Shown: in pieces, positions 62,776 to 64,000 of the stretch
How the letters are laid out: every line of letters begins with the position of its first letter
How positions within the stretch are numbered: position 1 is the stretch's first letter
Origin: Eledone cirrhosa
Lineage: Eukaryota
DNA length: 64,000 nucleotides
Assembly: GCA_964016885.1 (NCBI GenBank)
Contig: OZ024751.1
Location: 23,374,001-23,438,000, forward strand
Direction: 5' to 3'
The notes under the pieces: generated by a model
What the model saw: only the letters and a program-made list of their open reading frames with translations
The model's database searches: none
Told to the model about the DNA's origin: nothing
Made by a program: the position numbers and the translations under genes

Positions 62776-63359
62776 CACCTCAATTCTTGATTATCTTCAA
62801 AGTTATTTGAACATTATTAGCAGTGTCTTTCATTAGAAATACGACAGTGAAAGGGTTAATATACGCTGGATTCACCTCGTTAATAGATCATTGCTTTACC
62901 AACATTCTCATACATTCTAGAAATGAACGCCTGTAGCATTGGAGATTCAACTAAGGAAGCCAGTCGCCCTGGATGTCAAACGTCTATTTTAGTATTTCAA
63001 CAACTCTCTTATTCTCTTAAATTCATTTACAATATTCGGCTTCTACTATTACCAAGGTGCCTTTAGGGATTTACAGATATTGTTAGTGTGCTTCTATAAA
63101 CCACTACTGTTATAATTATTCATCTTCAGCAACAATGTTATAACTTGTAATTCAAATTCTGAATGATCAATTATACAAACTATTATGAATGGTGAAACTC
63201 ATTCCTATTCTAAAACTTGTTAGAATTTATAAACAATATTGTATTAAGTGAATGGACTGAGGAATGTCCACAATGTAATTGTATTATTGAGTTAAGGTCG
63301 ATGGTACATTGGTAGGTTGGAAGTTGTGCTCCTCCAAAATGTGTATATATGTACATATA

Positions 63360-63489
<130 letters not shown>

Positions 63490-63499
63490 TGTGTATATG

Positions 63500-63541
<42 letters not shown>

Positions 63542-63731
63542 GATAATTTAATATATCAACTAACATAGGCGCACAGATGTACGTCCATGCCAGCAAATAC
63601 ACAGGTTATGTCATAGTACCTAGGTGGTTCAATGCAGGAGGGTGCAGAACAATAATATAAAAGACGTAAAATAAGAAAATATCTTTTAAAAAAATTTTTA
63701 AAAAATTTTTTACTTACTTACTTAAATTTTC

Positions 63732-63813
63732 ACTCCAACTAATTAGTTTCTGCAATGGGATAAAGACAGTTACATAATCCAACTGTCGAGAATTCATTGC
63801 GTCATCAGGGAGT
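63732..63813 (-). ncRNA. Type I hammerhead ribozyme (L) within element ~63570-63860
   Basis: ACTCC CTGATGA CGCAATG..GACAGTT/AACTGTC..CATTGCA GAAA CTAATTAGTT GGAGT; flanks and tail match 39973-40203. Confidence 0.78.
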
Positions 63814-64000
63814 CTATTCTCAGCTGAGCCTCCAGGCAATGCGCGGACACTGGCGGCTCATATAAAAATAATAATTCGGTAGAAAGAACAGCTAGGCGAG
63901 GACTGGATTCTATGTACTGAAATTCTCACTGCTTCCAGTCAAATGGCCGATTCTAAAGAATCAATCACGTGACATAGAGGCCAGTTAGAAGGAATGGGAT

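Noticed and set aside
62820-62860. piggyBac-like end (AGGG-TTAA)
   Set aside because: No matching opposite terminus found; too little evidence.

Overview
Repeat-dominated, AT-rich eukaryotic non-coding DNA (intergenic or intronic). It is probably from an octopod cephalopod, inferred from the SINE family, LINE fragments and very dense (TA)n/(CA)n/(GA)n/(TAA)n microsatellites. I could not support any host protein-coding gene; almost all listed ORFs are microsatellite read-through. Recognisable mobile DNA: ~16 tRNA-derived SINE copies, three Dong/R4-type 3' fragments in (TAA)n, further RLE (CRE-like and R4-like), RTE and Tx1-like fragments, a Gypsy-type LTR with PBS, a tiny Tc1/mariner MITE, and a Penelope-like (PLE) GIY-YIG remnant (37275-38009, minus). 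The most striking signal is a swarm of short non-coding elements inserted in (TA)n tracts. Many are long fold-back palindromes with a one-sided tail. By eye they carry about 28 minimal type I hammerhead ribozyme (HHR) motifs in about 9 sequence-distinct families. These show stem covariation, palindromic stem III loops, a shared stem II C-C mismatch, a family-wide U3-A8 core swap and a shared tail hairpin. One family is physically joined to the PLE endonuclease remnant, and one element with the same architecture has a tRNA-like head. All structures were folded by eye; ribozyme activity is untested.
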